Shown: positions 51,657-64,000 of the stretch, one piece after another | Position numbering within the stretch: the first letter of the stretch is position 1 | Layout of the letters: the number at the start of each line of letters is the position of its first letter | Assembly: GCA_964276515.1 (NCBI GenBank) | Contig: OZ193909.1 | Location: forward strand, 18,724,001-18,788,000 | Length of the DNA stretch: 64,000 nt | Reading direction: 5' to 3' | DNA from: Gordius albopunctatus | Taxonomy: Eukaryota | Made by a program: the position numbers and the translations under genes | The notes under the pieces: generated by a model | Told to the model about the DNA's origin: nothing | Database searches by the model: none | The model's input: the letters and a program-made list of their open reading frames with translations, nothing else

Positions 51657-54199
51657 TATTAATTGCTATGCAATTTATGGGCTCGTTTTTGGTTGTCCGT
51701 CGTCCGTCCGTCGTCCACCAAGTTATTTACACCAGCTTCCCGACCTGGAGGTTGCGGGTTCGAGATCCGGAGAGGACAAAAATTTTTATTTTTTTTAAAT
51801 TAAATTAATATATTGTTCTTGTTAATACCATTGATAATATGAATTTTTGACCGTCCGCAGGCTACTGACCAATGAAAAAATGACCACTGGCCAGATAAAT
51901 CGAAATTTTTAATTTTTCGTTTTTGAATAGTTTAACATTGATAATTACCCTATGCCCTCCCCTACAAGGGCCTATGGCTCTATTTATATGGTTCCCTGTT
52001 CCCCTCCAAAGGCTTATGCCTCTATTTAATGTGGGTTTGAATCCCGGCGAACGTTCTAAATTGATGGTTCGAGACCCGGAGAGGACAAAATTTTTTATTT
52101 TTTTTTAAATTAAATTAATATATTGTTCTTGTTAATACCATTGATAATATGAATTTTTGACCGTCCGCAGGCTACTGACCAATGAAAACATGACCACTGG
52201 CCAGATAAATCGAAATTTTTAATTTTTCGTTTTTGAATAGTTTAACATTGATAATTACCCTATGCCCTCCCCTACAAGGGCCTATGGCTCTATTTATATG
52301 GTTCCCTGTTCCCCTCCAAAGGCTTATGCCTTTATTTAATGTGGGTTCGAATCCCGGAGAGGGCAAAATTTTTATTTTTTTAATTAATTTAATATTTTGT
52401 TCTTGTTAATACCATTGATAATATGACTTTTTGACCGTCCGCTGGCTACTGACCAATGAAAAAATGAACATTGGCCAAATAAATCCTAATTTTTCGTTTT
52501 TCCTTTTTGAATAGGTTAACATTGATAATTACCCTATGCCCTCCCCTACAAGGGCCTATGTCTCTACTGATGTGATTTCCGCTGGCTCCTGACCGATGGA
52601 AAAAATGACCATTGGCCAAAATGTGAATCGAAATTATTTTTTCCGTTTTTTTTGACTATTATGATTGTTCCTGTTCCTACCATTGCTATTATGACTTTTT
52701 GGCCGTCCACTGGCTCCTGACCGATGGAAAAAATGACCATTGGCGAAAATGTGAACGAAAATATTTTTTTCGTTTTTTTTGACTATTATGATTGTTCCTG
52801 TTCCTACCATTGCTATTATGACTTTTTGGCCGTCCGCTGGCTCCTGACCGATGGAAAAAATGACCATTGGCCAAAATGTGAATCGAAATTATTTTTTCCG
52901 TTTTTTTTGACTATTATGATTGTTCCTGTTCCTACCATTGCTATTATGACTTTTTGGCCGTCCGCTGGCTGCTGACCAATGGAATAAAATAACCATTGGC
53001 CAAAATGTGATTCGAAAACTTTTTTTTCGTTTTTTTTTGACTATTATGAATTTATATCCACTTTTACCGTGTCCTGGCTGCTGACCAATGGAAAAAAATG
53101 ACCTTTGGCCAAAATGTAATTCGAAATTTTTTTTTCGTTATTTTTTACTCTTATGAATTTATATCCACTTTTACCGTGTGCTGGCTGCTGACCAATGGGA
53201 AAAAATGACCATTGGCCAAAGTGAGCATCAAAATTTTTTTTCCGTTTTTTTGGCTATCATTGACTTATAGAGTATCTGTTGGTACTGACCAATGCAGAAG
53301 AAATGACCATTGGCCAAATTTTTGATTTTTTTAATTAAAAATTGTTCAAATTCAACAAAAAATTTCTCCCAACAATTCTGAAAATTCTTAACATTGTGGT
53401 GTTTTATAATATAATGTTTGTTAGACCCATAATCACTAGAGGCCATAAAAACTAATGTAATATTTTTATTACTTGCAAAGCATTGTTAAAATTAATTTAA
53501 AATACTTAAATCTAAAATTTGCCTCTAATTTAAGAAGCTCGTTATAGTTATAAATTAAAAAAATAACGCACCTCGAAAATAAAACGTAGAAAAATGAATG
53601 AGTTATGTTTGTTGAAGACTCTGTCCAAATTTGTGATTCTAAATAAGTGTTCTTTTTCAGCAATGCTTAAGATTAATAGCTTTTGCTCACTTTAACTTAT
53701 CAAGAATATCGTTTTATATTTAATTTTCTTATAATTTCCTCGTCTTTAGGGTATTTTCGCTTTTCTCATATTAACAACCTTTGACACCCATTAGTTAAAA
53801 AAAACCTAAGTATGACCTTTTCCCCTAAAAAAGAATTAGTAATAAATAATTCATTTGGTTAACATCGATAATTACTGTATGCTCTCCCCTACAAAAACCT
53901 ATACCTCTACTTAAATAATTCCCCGTGCCGCTACAAAGGCTGGCTCTACTAATGTGAGTTCGAATCCCGGAGAAGGCAATTTTTTTTAATTAAATCGAAA
54001 ATTTGTATTAATAATTAACTAATTATTTTACATTTAATACCCCCCCCCCCCCCCGCCTATAGGCATTCTCACCCCTTCCCACCTTTCTCGCCCATAAATT
54101 GCATAGCAAATATGATACATTTATACAGAGTGTAGATGAGTTCCCCCTTCCCTCCCCTCCTCCCCTTCCCCCTTCCCACGAGGGCCGAAGGCCCGAGTT
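51657..54199 (+). mobile_element. HINE/DINE-1-like element, copy 2, with expanded internal tandem arrays
   Basis: Same termini as 26462-27527; ~292-bp units at 51770-52560 and ~118-bp units at 52580-53320. Confidence 0.75.
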
Positions 54200-55969
54200 A
54201 TATATATAGATTTATTTTGTTTTTTTTTCATTTCTTTAATTTATTTTTAACACCCTTTAATATTTTCAAAAATAAATCCAAAAAATATTGTTTACGAGGC
54301 TAAAACCTTCTAAAATGTTATAATAAATCTCCCAAGAAGTATCAGTTTTTGTTTAGTTTGTGTAGAGGCCTTTTTGCGATCATCCTCGTGGCCCTTAATT
54401 AGTAGGTCATTCTTCTAACTTTGCAAAGAAGGAGTGTAATTGATGGCTTCAACGAAGCCGGTTTTACTTAGTAAATCTGCGGCTCTGGAATTTTTCAAGA
54501 CAATTTGGAGATAAGCGACTTCAATATAAGACTTATCAAATTGCAAGAAATTTAGTAAAATACTTGAACATTTTAGAAACAGCAACTTCGACTTAAGAAT
54601 GCAAATGATTGCATCGATACAATAGATTCTTTTACTATTCTGGAATATTATACGATTCACAGCTCTACAAATACTGACATTGTGATTACATCCCGCAATC
54701 CGACCAATAATTCTGATAGAGATCTTTGCGCTGAAAAAAAATCTGTTTTTAGTTTTTTTCTACAACTACTAATTTTTAAGATATACGAGGTTGAAGGTGC
54801 CAAAAATGCCCTTTTTAAGCCTTTTTGAGGCTACATTGCCACGGTATTTTTAATATTTAATGAAAAATAGTAATATCTTCATGTAGATTAAAGTTTCTTC
54901 TATAGGTCCATTAATTAATTTTTTTGTTACACCTCTATATTTAACTTTATTCGCGTCTTTGTGAACCCCTTCTCCTTATCAAAATTTGTCTCGCTATGTC
55001 TGGAAAAAGGAGTACGTCCGAGACGAAAAAGAGATTCTCATAATCTCACCCGAGACGAAACGAGATTTTGCTTCCGAGACCGAGGCGAGATTGAAATACT
55101 AATTTTATTTATAAATCCAACAGAACTCAACTAAATGATGGATCAATTCCATTCCACACAGCTATTCCATTTCACACAACTCAACTGGAATTAATCAATT
55201 CCATTTTACAGAACTCCATTCTATTCAACTCCTTTTCACCCTACTCGTCACTTCACTCTATTCATGTTTTATATCACATCGAGCATCCCCATTCCATGTC
55301 TCATTTCGCGTTGCAATCTTTGTTTTTAAATCACAAATGTAGCACTTATCCCTCTTAATTTTTTGATTTTTAATAAACTATATTCTCTAAACTTCCATTA
55401 ATAGAAATTGTATGGCACTTATTCGATCAAGATATACTCAGCAAAACAAACCCCCCCCCCCCAACTGTGGGACCAAATTTCTGATAAAGAAAAAGAAGAT
55501 AAAAATTATAATGCTCTTGATCAGTTTAAATTAAGGATAGAATCTTATTTTAAGATCAATTTATTAATTCTTTAATTATTAGTCTACTAAAATATTATAA
55601 AAAATAACATCTTTTAAATAGTCATTATAATCATCAGCAATTTCGTAAATCAATTCAACATTTAATTAATTATTTTTTAAATAGGTTTACATACCTTTCT
55701 TATCCTAAAAAATATATGTTGTTAGAGTCAAGGTCTTTGATATGTTAAACCAAACCGCTTTTCCTTTTAATTTTCTGATTTGCGGAAAACGCTTTATAGG
55801 CTTATATTTCATTCCTATTAAGGTTTGTAAAAATACAATGATAGAGAGCAATTATTAAAAATACGCAAATAATATTGATTTAATAAACAGACGATTTATA
55901 ATATATTAGCAAAAAATTCAGTATTACTACCAATTTTAATCAATAAATTATTTAAAATTTATGATCTTA

Positions 55970-58049
55970 TCCTTTCCTATGGATTCTGCAGGTGGTCTCG
56001 ACGGAATAAAACAAATTTTTTTAAAAGATCTTATAACAATTGATTAACTCCTCCATTTTACTAGACTTACTCACCAAATTTTGTAACCTTTTAGTCAATG
56101 GGTGTATACCTAAAGAAATAACGCACTTAGTCTTTGGAGCTAAGCTTTTAGCTATAAGGAAGTCCGACAATTCAGCCAGGCCTATCGCTATCGGCGGTGT
56201 CTTTCGAAGAATTATTTCTAAATTAATTTGTTCGGCGATCAAACTCATCAGATAACCCATGCCGCACGCCTAGCCCTGGAACACCTCCCTCTGGGTGACT
56301 CCTTTATAAAACTGGATTTTAAAAATTCTTTCAATAGCATTCGCCGCACTGCTTTCATTAATGAATTTATCGAGCTATTTCCCCAATACACCAACTACAT
56401 CATTTTAAGTTACGGATGCCCTTCGATTTTGAAATTTGGAGAATTCTTCCTTGAATCCGCAGAAGGGATCCGACAAGGCGATCCTCTAGGCCCCCCTTTA
56501 TTCTGCTTGGCTATAAATCACCTAATTAACGAAATTAACAAACATTGTAAACCCACCTTTAATGTCTGGTATCTTGATGACGCCTGTCTTTTTGGCACCC
56601 CTGACAACCTAGCCCAAGCACTAGATGTAATACATGCTTTTTTCCCCACTCTATATTCTGACTTGGATAATATTCACCTAAAGTTTTTTGACTTTGCCAA
56701 AATTAAAAAAGACAATATGTATGTTTTAGCGCACCTATGTGCCTCAAAACTTTTTAGACGAAAATCTCTCTTCTTTAAAAACCAAATGAGACATTTTTAA
56801 ATCTATGCCATCTCATCATTCCTGTTATATTATAAAAAAATATTACAACATTAGCAAAATCTTATTTTGCTTCTGCTCCACGCAAGATTTTTTATTTAAA
56901 GATGTTTTACACAATTATGAACATTTTTTTAAATCCACACATGAATTAATTTTAAATATTTCTTTTAACACGAATACTTGGCTTCAAGCCACTCTCCCCA
57001 CAAGATCCGGTGGCCTGGTTATTCGCTCTCCAGCTGCGATTTCCTTAGCCGCCTTTATTTCCTCATCCCTTTCTTTTAAACAACCTATCAACGACCTTGT
57101 CCCTTTCTCCCTTAACCCCTCTATCAATCAAGCCTTATCTCTATGGAATGAGAATGTCAATGTAGGAGTTGACATTCCACAATCATATGCCCAATGTCGC
57201 GGTCCGTTGCTTACCTTCTCTCGACATGCGACGCCAAACAGCATTGCAATCTTAGGTCATTGACTTTTGACCAATCCGGTCATGAATGGCTCGAAGCTTA
57301 CGCTAGTAAGTTTTCGGGAATGTTTTCAGAGAACCCTACCCTGTCCTCAACATAGCCCTCCGCTTTGGCTGTAAATATACGTCTCTATATCCCTGCCGGC
57401 TTTGTAATTCACTTGTAGATGAGGAAGCGCGCCACCCTCTGCATTGTAAATTTAACAAAAGCCGGTATAGTAGGCACCAAAAAGTAAATACACTGCTTCA
57501 AGCTGCCCTCAAATGGGCAAAAGTCCCTTCCATCCTTGAACCGTCAGATCCCTCTCTCGAAGGGTGGATGCACCCTGAAGGTTCGTCACTTATCCCATGG
57601 GACAAAGGCCTTTTATTAAAATGGGACTACACCTGTATTGACCAGTTTGCCCCCTCCAACGATACTCAAGACCCCCTAGGATCGGCAGAGAATCGTAAAT
57701 CCTTAAAATACTCAGCTTTATCAGAAACTTCCATTTTTATTCCTATCGTCTCGTCGTGCTCAGGGACGTTTGGGAAGAGCGCATTAAATATTTTTAAAGA
57801 ACTCAATAAACGCTTGCCTCCTTCAAAAATATCGAATAGTTTTTTACTAAGACAATCAATCGCCATTGCGATTGCTAAATCCAATTTCTATTCTTTGATG
57901 GATTCAATGCCCATTCTTAAAGAAGATGAAGAAACGGATGATGTGTTTTAATCATTTTTTTTATAAATGTTTTTTTTCTGGTATCTTTTTATTAATTCCA
58001 CTATATATTTAATACTTTTTTAAATAAAGCATGTCAATTCAAAAAAAAA
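55970..58049 (+). mobile_element. CRE-like non-LTR retrotransposon (RT plus restriction-like endonuclease), frameshifted
   Basis: SAGGLDG, RPIAIGGVFRR, LDFKNSFNSIRR, GIRQGDPLGPPLF, WYLDDA, QATLPTRSGGL, C..C...HPLHC...RH, PEG.SLIPWDKG..LKWDYTC; AATAAA and an A tract at 58023-58049. The 5' part may extend to ~55120. Confidence 0.82.
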
Positions 58050-58187
58050 TAATATATCTAATTCCGCCTCACTTATATTTGAAACAATAAAACAAAAGAT
58101 CATTATTTTTCTATACAAGCTGTGACAATCAGTTTAAAGTCTATTGTTGAACTAACAGTTAACCTAACTTTTTGAGTAATCTGTGTA

Positions 58188-60606
58188 ATGTTACCTTCAC
58201 TTGTAAGCAAATTGTGCATTAATAATCTTGCGGTTCTTATGATATTGAGGATCACCTATTTCTATGCAATTACAAGAACATTTTTAATTCTACAACTTAC
58301 TTTTAAATCATATGGTATACACGTGCAAATTGCCAACATTAGTAAATTGGAGGTAAAATGGGCATATAGTGGAATTTTGGGCCCATCCCATTGGCCTATG
58401 TTATATCCTTATTGTGGTGGATTTCGCCAATCCCCTGTCAATATTTTAAGCGAGAATGCAGTCTACGACCCCACACTGACACCATTTGTTACTTCACAGA
58501 TGATTGACTTGAAAGAACTGAACTTAGTAATGGAGAATACAGGTAAGACCTTAAAAATTACGATACGTGGCGATCGACCTATAATTAGTGGCGGTGGCTT
58601 GCCCGATTTGTATCAGGGTTGGCAGTTTCATTTTCATTGGGGCGAAAGAAACAAAGAAGGTTCAGAACACACCATCGATTTTAGGCAATACCCAATGGAG
58701 GTAAGCAACAGGGAAACATAAGCAAATGTCTTTTTAGAATTTTATTTTTAACTTTCAGTGCTTATAGGTTTAAATATTAAGATTTTATAGAATGTTCGTA
58801 AAATCCGTAACTATTTAATCTAATCGCAAAGCACTCGAAAGATATACTTTTAAATTTTATTCTTTATCGATAATGGTCCATTTGCTTTCTAACATCACAA
58901 ATTCATAGAATAGAATTATAAGGACCTAACAATAACAACTAGGATTGCATAAACATATTTTTATATATCTAGGCATTCACTTACTTATCCATGATAAAAA
59001 CTAAATACTACTTTTAAATTTTTACATCTACCATGGTGAAGATGCACTTTATATTTTACAAAACGCAATATGAAAATATGTCGGAAGCATTAAAAGATCC
59101 CAACGGTCTAGCCATATTTGCAACTTTATTTGAAATCGGTGATTATAACGTCAATTTTAAGCCTATCCTCAATTGCATTGAACAAGTCATGTATGAAGGT
59201 AAAAAACATTATTTCAATATGAATTCAACATGAAATAGAAATATAGCAATTCAAAAATTAATAAGTTAAAACGAATTATTCTTAATCGTCAATATGGCTT
59301 TTAATTTTTTAAAGAGGTTGTTAATTTTCAACAAGCATTGAAAGCCTAGCAAAGTTAATTTTTTATTTCTGCATTTATATACTTGCGACGAGGCTTGAAA
59401 TATTAAGTTGTAATTCTAATCATTTGAAGACATAGCACAAAATTTTCGTACAAATAATTCATATTATCACAGGCGACAAAACGGATATAGCCAGTTTTCC
59501 GCTAAGATCCTTCTTTCCCCCTAACCTGCGGGTATGCACTATTATTTTTTTCCCTTAATTTTGCAACAAATATATAAAAGGGTTTCTCTAATAAGTTTAA
59601 TTCTATTTTTATCACCGATCCTTTAGAGTGTGTTTGTTATTTATCAAATAATGTCAACTCAACTAAGTTGCAAATCTAGGCAAAAACCTTATTGGGATAA
59701 ATAAAGTCAGCCTTAAGGTTGCATTAAGGGTTAATGAGATCTAGAGTTGTTAAATTGCTAACTTTCTTCAAACTCCAGACGCGCGCACGCACACTGAGTT
59801 GCTTAATATGCGCGTTAGCACAATATGTGCTCTCTGTTTGGTGCACTAGGTAGAACATTAGCATATAGAAATGCTCGAGGACCGAGCAGAAACTCGAGCA
59901 TATGGTAGCTGGAGTCGAAGAAAGTTAGCAATTTAACAACTCTAATGAGATCTTTACATATTGAGGAGGAATACAAGGTTTTACTAAAAGTTCCTATATA
60001 AAATATTTACTCACAGGAAACCCTTTAGATCTTTAAATGATAACAACCATAAGTAAACATACCTTACCGTGGGCGTAGCCAAGATTTTAAATAGAGGGGG
60101 GGGCAATGATGATTTAGGGAGGGGCAAAATAATAGTTTTTTGAAATTTTAGCCATATTTATATCACACTAAAAAAAATTGCTGGCTACGCCCACGTACCT
60201 TACATCCCCTTTTACATTAAAAATGTTATGTTGTAATATATAGGATTACTACAGGTATTCTGGATCCTTGCCCGTTCCAGATTGTAATGAAGTAGTGTTA
60301 TGGACAGTATTTTCGGATACTCTTAAATTATCACAAGAACAGATGAATGCCTTCAGAGTTCTCAAATCTAGACCTAAATATTCTCCCTACCAACATGATT
60401 TAGTAAATAATTACAGACCTCAGCAGAAATTGTACGATCGATTAGTGACTACGTCGCATAGGAGACATATTAAAACACCCCGAAAGAAAAAGGTATTGAC
60501 TGCGGGTGGTGATCTATTTAGCGATATAGAGTATGACGAAGATGTTTTGCCCGCTGAATTAAACAAAGAAATCGAGAAAGAAATGTTGGATGATAAATTA
60601 GGATAA
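58188..60606 (+). CDS. Alpha-carbonic anhydrase-family protein, probably secreted, with an atypical active site
   Basis: Exons 58188-58700, 59042-59198, 59473-59531, 60244-60606 (GT-AG, in phase). Motifs W.Y.G..GPSHW, CGGFRQSPVNI, QFHFHWG, GSEHTID, YPMEMH, YYRYSGSL, NNYRPQQ; hydrophobic N-terminus. The start Met is uncertain. Confidence 0.92.
59742..59944. mobile_element. hAT MITE (TAGAGTTGTTAAATTGCTAA family), copy 3
   Basis: Perfect 8-bp TSD ATGAGATC. Confidence 0.88.
60068..60195. mobile_element. MITE, CATGGGCGTAGCC family
   Basis: TIR CGTGGGCGTAGCCA...TGGCTACGCCCACG with perfect 8-bp TSD TACCTTAC. Confidence 0.85.
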
Positions 60607-61154
60607 GTTTATTTATGCCTTTAGGTTTAATTAGCAATATGTGAATAAAGCGTTGATGAATAGAAAGTTTTTTTTATATATAAAAGCTACAGTGCGATTT
60701 ATAGATTTAATAGTTATAAATATATTGCCAAACTTAATTTTTATAAAATTTACAGCATTTTTTTAATATAACAAGGTTAGAATCCTTTGTAAATCTTAGA
60801 AATCTTTTTATTACTGCCCCTAATCCCTAATGTATTTATAATCCTTAAACTCTATAATTAACATTGTCTCTTTAAAATTTACGCTGAGCTAAGTCTTTAC
60901 ATTATAAGAACTATTAAAATGTAAAAAACCTTCTTATTTAGCAAATAAATTATTATATATATTACCAGTTATATTAAATTGATAAAAATGCCAAATCTAA
61001 AAACATTGTACAACCATATTATGTCCCCATTAAATCCAATTTATTCAAGTTTAATTTGATAATTTTATATTTTTAGAAAGCACATAATCGCCTATATTAA
61101 AACGTAATTGATTTGAAAGTGACAATGTTTTATTTAAAATAAGTTGTTATGATG

Positions 61155-62636
61155 TTAAACAGCTGTGATTATATCCATGCCATTCTTCATTTTTTCTTTA
61201 AAATCTTTTAAATTATAAGTTAAATTAGTTTCGTCAATCGTTTCATTAATTTCCATATCAGTCATTTGTCCGTTGCAATTTAAATTTAATAGAGGCATTT
61301 GACGAGTCTTGATAAAGGCAGGAATGAGAGTTTCTAGATGGGCTAAAATATTTAGACCTGTATTACACCATTTGAGGGCAATTTCCTTATATTGCATATT
61401 CTTCGCATTTGTATTTAAGTTAAACTCCTGGTTTCCGTGAGACTTTTTTGATTCATGCTGGACCAAATACTTGATTCCCAAATTCCAAGCTTTAACCATT
61501 AACCAAGTCAATTCATTTATAATTTCATCTCCATTTTCTGGCCAAGAAAAATCGTAATTAATGTTGTTAATATTATCAATAGTTGGTCCGTTGGCTTTTA
61601 TTAAAAGTTTCAATATTTCTTCGTAATGGGCAAATAAAATGTCATCGTTCAAAAATCCCGTGTTTTTTGTTAAGTTTTGATCCAAAAGACTCATTTTTTC
61701 GTAATCCACGTAAATTAATTTGCGATAAATGGACCTTATAACAAATTTTTATATAATTTATTCAAATTGAAATTTATAACAATCAATATATTTTATCAAA
61801 CAAAATCATGTTAATATGTATTTAAAGCTACACCATTTCAAACGTTATCAGAAAATCGATCGGTGTTTCAATCATTCAATTCCAATATATCTAATTGTTT
61901 TCCCATAACAATAGCTTAAACAATCAAAAATGTACATATCAAATTGTTATACGTGAGAGTCCATATGTTATTGGCTGCTTTTTCTTCGAGGTCTATGGCT
62001 TTTTCCAATATTCTTTTTATTATTGTATGGGCAAAAGGTTGGTAGCGAAACATTGAATCTTTTAATTATTATAAATTATAAATTTTATACATACTCGCTA
62101 AATAATCTAAATGTTTCCAGGTCAAAAGTTTTGCTTCTCCAAAATTTATAATTTCATTAAGTAACAATTCAATGTCACTCTGCCCCATTATAGCGCTTAG
62201 ATCAAACTCCACTAGTAAACTTGTTAAGAGCAATTGTGGCTTTTCTAATTAAATGATTAAAATGTAATATCTAAAAATCTAAAGTATTTTTTAAAATTTA
62301 TTAGTATACATTTTGAGAGATAATATATCAAAATTTTAAATATTCTAATCATGCAATGTCTCTTTAAAACAGTAGTATTTAAGAACACAATATTTACATA
62401 GTAAGTTATACCCGTTGTGTTTTCTTCTAGAGTTATAATCAATCTTTTACATTCGACAATTTTGTCAAAGCAATCTTTTAATTTTTGGCGGACTTGCATA
62501 TTGGGAGGGTTTTGATGTAAATCATTAGAATCAATGGATAGTGCGGATTTGGTTAAGGCAATAGATTTCAAAATACTTTTTATTTGACGAAGTAACATAG
62601 CTTCATCTTTATATTTGCCTTCTTGCCGACAGTCGC
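61155..62636 (-). CDS. TEX11: Testis-expressed protein 11 / ZIP4-SPO22-like meiotic TPR protein, last four exons (partial)
   Basis: Exons 62636-62412, 62244-62095, 62058-61953, 61734-61155 splice in phase; ELTWLMVKAWNLG...ALKWCNTGLNILAHL resembles the recalled TEX11 C-terminal motif EILWLMVKSWNTG...AEKWCGLALRFLNHL. Confidence 0.75.
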
Positions 62637-63576
62637 CTAAAGTAGAAAACTAAATAAAGGTTGTAAAAGGTATTATTATAATTTATTATTCGATAGAATG
62701 ATTTAGTGCTCATATGTTAATGTATAAGTTTCCTTTAAATTTAGCTGTGTATATTAAAATATAGCCTAAATATTTTAATACAACCATCAATTTTTGAACC
62801 ACAATTTACATTATAAATAGAATTTTGGGCTTCATTTTATTATAGGTAAGCTCAAAATATATTAAAGATGTTAAACTTCTATTTAGCGCAATTCTATATT
62901 ATCCATGGTTTATTTTAATGTCAGTGAGATCATATTGACTATAAGCATCCGAAATATAATAAATATATAATTAATTAAGGACTGAAAAGATGTGTAGTAA
63001 CCACTACTATTTAATTGATTGCTCGCGGCATATTACATTAAGTGTACTTGGAAACTTAATTGAATCATTTACATTACCTTACTACTTCGCGACGTTAATT
63101 GACCTATCACATATAGCTCGCGGATTCACCACTAACTGTTAATTGATTTAATGTATTTCAATTATTGCCGCGATTATATAAAGACGTGTAAAACACTACT
63201 TCACCACTTACGAACTCTTTTCTTTTCCCTCACATTATTATCTACTTTCAATAAAGAGTACCCCAATAGATGAATGTTTATAAGTTTTAATAATGAAAAG
63301 ATATGGTTTGATTTACTATGAAGAAATTTTGACAGCACTACGCGCAGATGAATAAAGTAAATATGTAAACGTTCTGTTTTCTAGAATAATATATAACTCT
63401 TGCCAGGTTTAAATTAGAGTTAGGAAGTGTTTTTCACCTAATATTACACAAACTAGCGGATAGCTCTTCGTATTAAAATTTATTAAGACACCGTTTAGGG
63501 TGAACTTGTTTTAACATGCGAACATATGCAATAGTTTGGGGATAAAGAACAATGAGAACATTAAAAGACCATCTAA

Positions 63577-63851
63577 GGGCTTGTGTTAATATCGGATTTT
63601 GCTGCGCAGCAAAAATTGTTGTACGGGTTATAACATACCGTGTCTAAACTTCGAATTCACAGCAGATTTACATTTCAGACGCATAACATAACAGCGATAA
63701 ATCTCAAGAGTTTAAATAAACAAAAAAACGGTTTTAACTATCAAAAAAATATTAATAATTACAACCGAGTTTGACACATGAAATTGAATAGGATATTTGA
63801 TAAAGATAAATTCGCGCCATTTGAACCTGAATCCGATATTAAGACAAGCCC
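63577..63851. mobile_element. Tourist-like (PIF/Harbinger) MITE
   Basis: TIR GGGCTTGTGTTAATATCGGATT...AATCCGATATTAAGACAAGCCC with TAA TSD on both sides. Confidence 0.8.
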
Positions 63852-64000
63852 TAAGTTTTAATAATTTTAGATTAACAGATAATATATATGACTCAAACAT
63901 GGCACATTACACCCTAACTAAATAATAATCAGCTATTCGCCAGTCTATTGTATTATTAATCTATGCTCTTCCATTTAATTTTATTATATTATTTTATTAC

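Noticed and set aside
54415..54660. Penelope GIY-YIG remnant
   Set aside because: Only a vague EAI...PSL resemblance; no RT or hammerhead found nearby.
55620..55660. Hammerhead ribozyme (CTGATGA and GAAA on the minus strand)
   Set aside because: The core motifs are only 3 nt apart with no supporting stems.

Overview
AT-rich, intron-containing animal (invertebrate-like) genomic DNA dense in transposons; the species cannot be fixed from sequence alone. Four host genes could be reconstructed exon by exon: a complete class III PI3-kinase Vps34/PIK3C3 (+, 3636-23987, 15 coding exons), a complete casein kinase I delta/epsilon-type gene (-, 42003 to ~25471), an alpha-carbonic anhydrase (+, 58188-60606) and the 3' exons of a TEX11/ZIP4-like meiotic gene (-, 62636-61155, continuing off the window). 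Introns and the 16-kb CK1-CA intergenic block contain an intact Mag-type Gypsy LTR element, a full-length RTE LINE nested in a hAT element, several CRE-like LINEs, Sola2-like and Harbinger remnants, Helitrons, DINE-1/Helentron-like elements and many MITEs with target-site duplications. The strongest hidden signal is a twister-ribozyme-like RNA with compensatory base changes at the 5' end of the RTE element (48495-48555, -); that element's 995-codon ORF is broken only by two Trp-to-stop changes. Other leads: an LTR with TA...TA ends, a tRNA-like/B-box array inside a rolling-circle element, a carbonic anhydrase that keeps its zinc ligands but lacks the Thr199 gatekeeper, and a His-rich CK1 tail probably extended through a GC-AG intron. 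All family assignments are from recalled motifs, not database searches.
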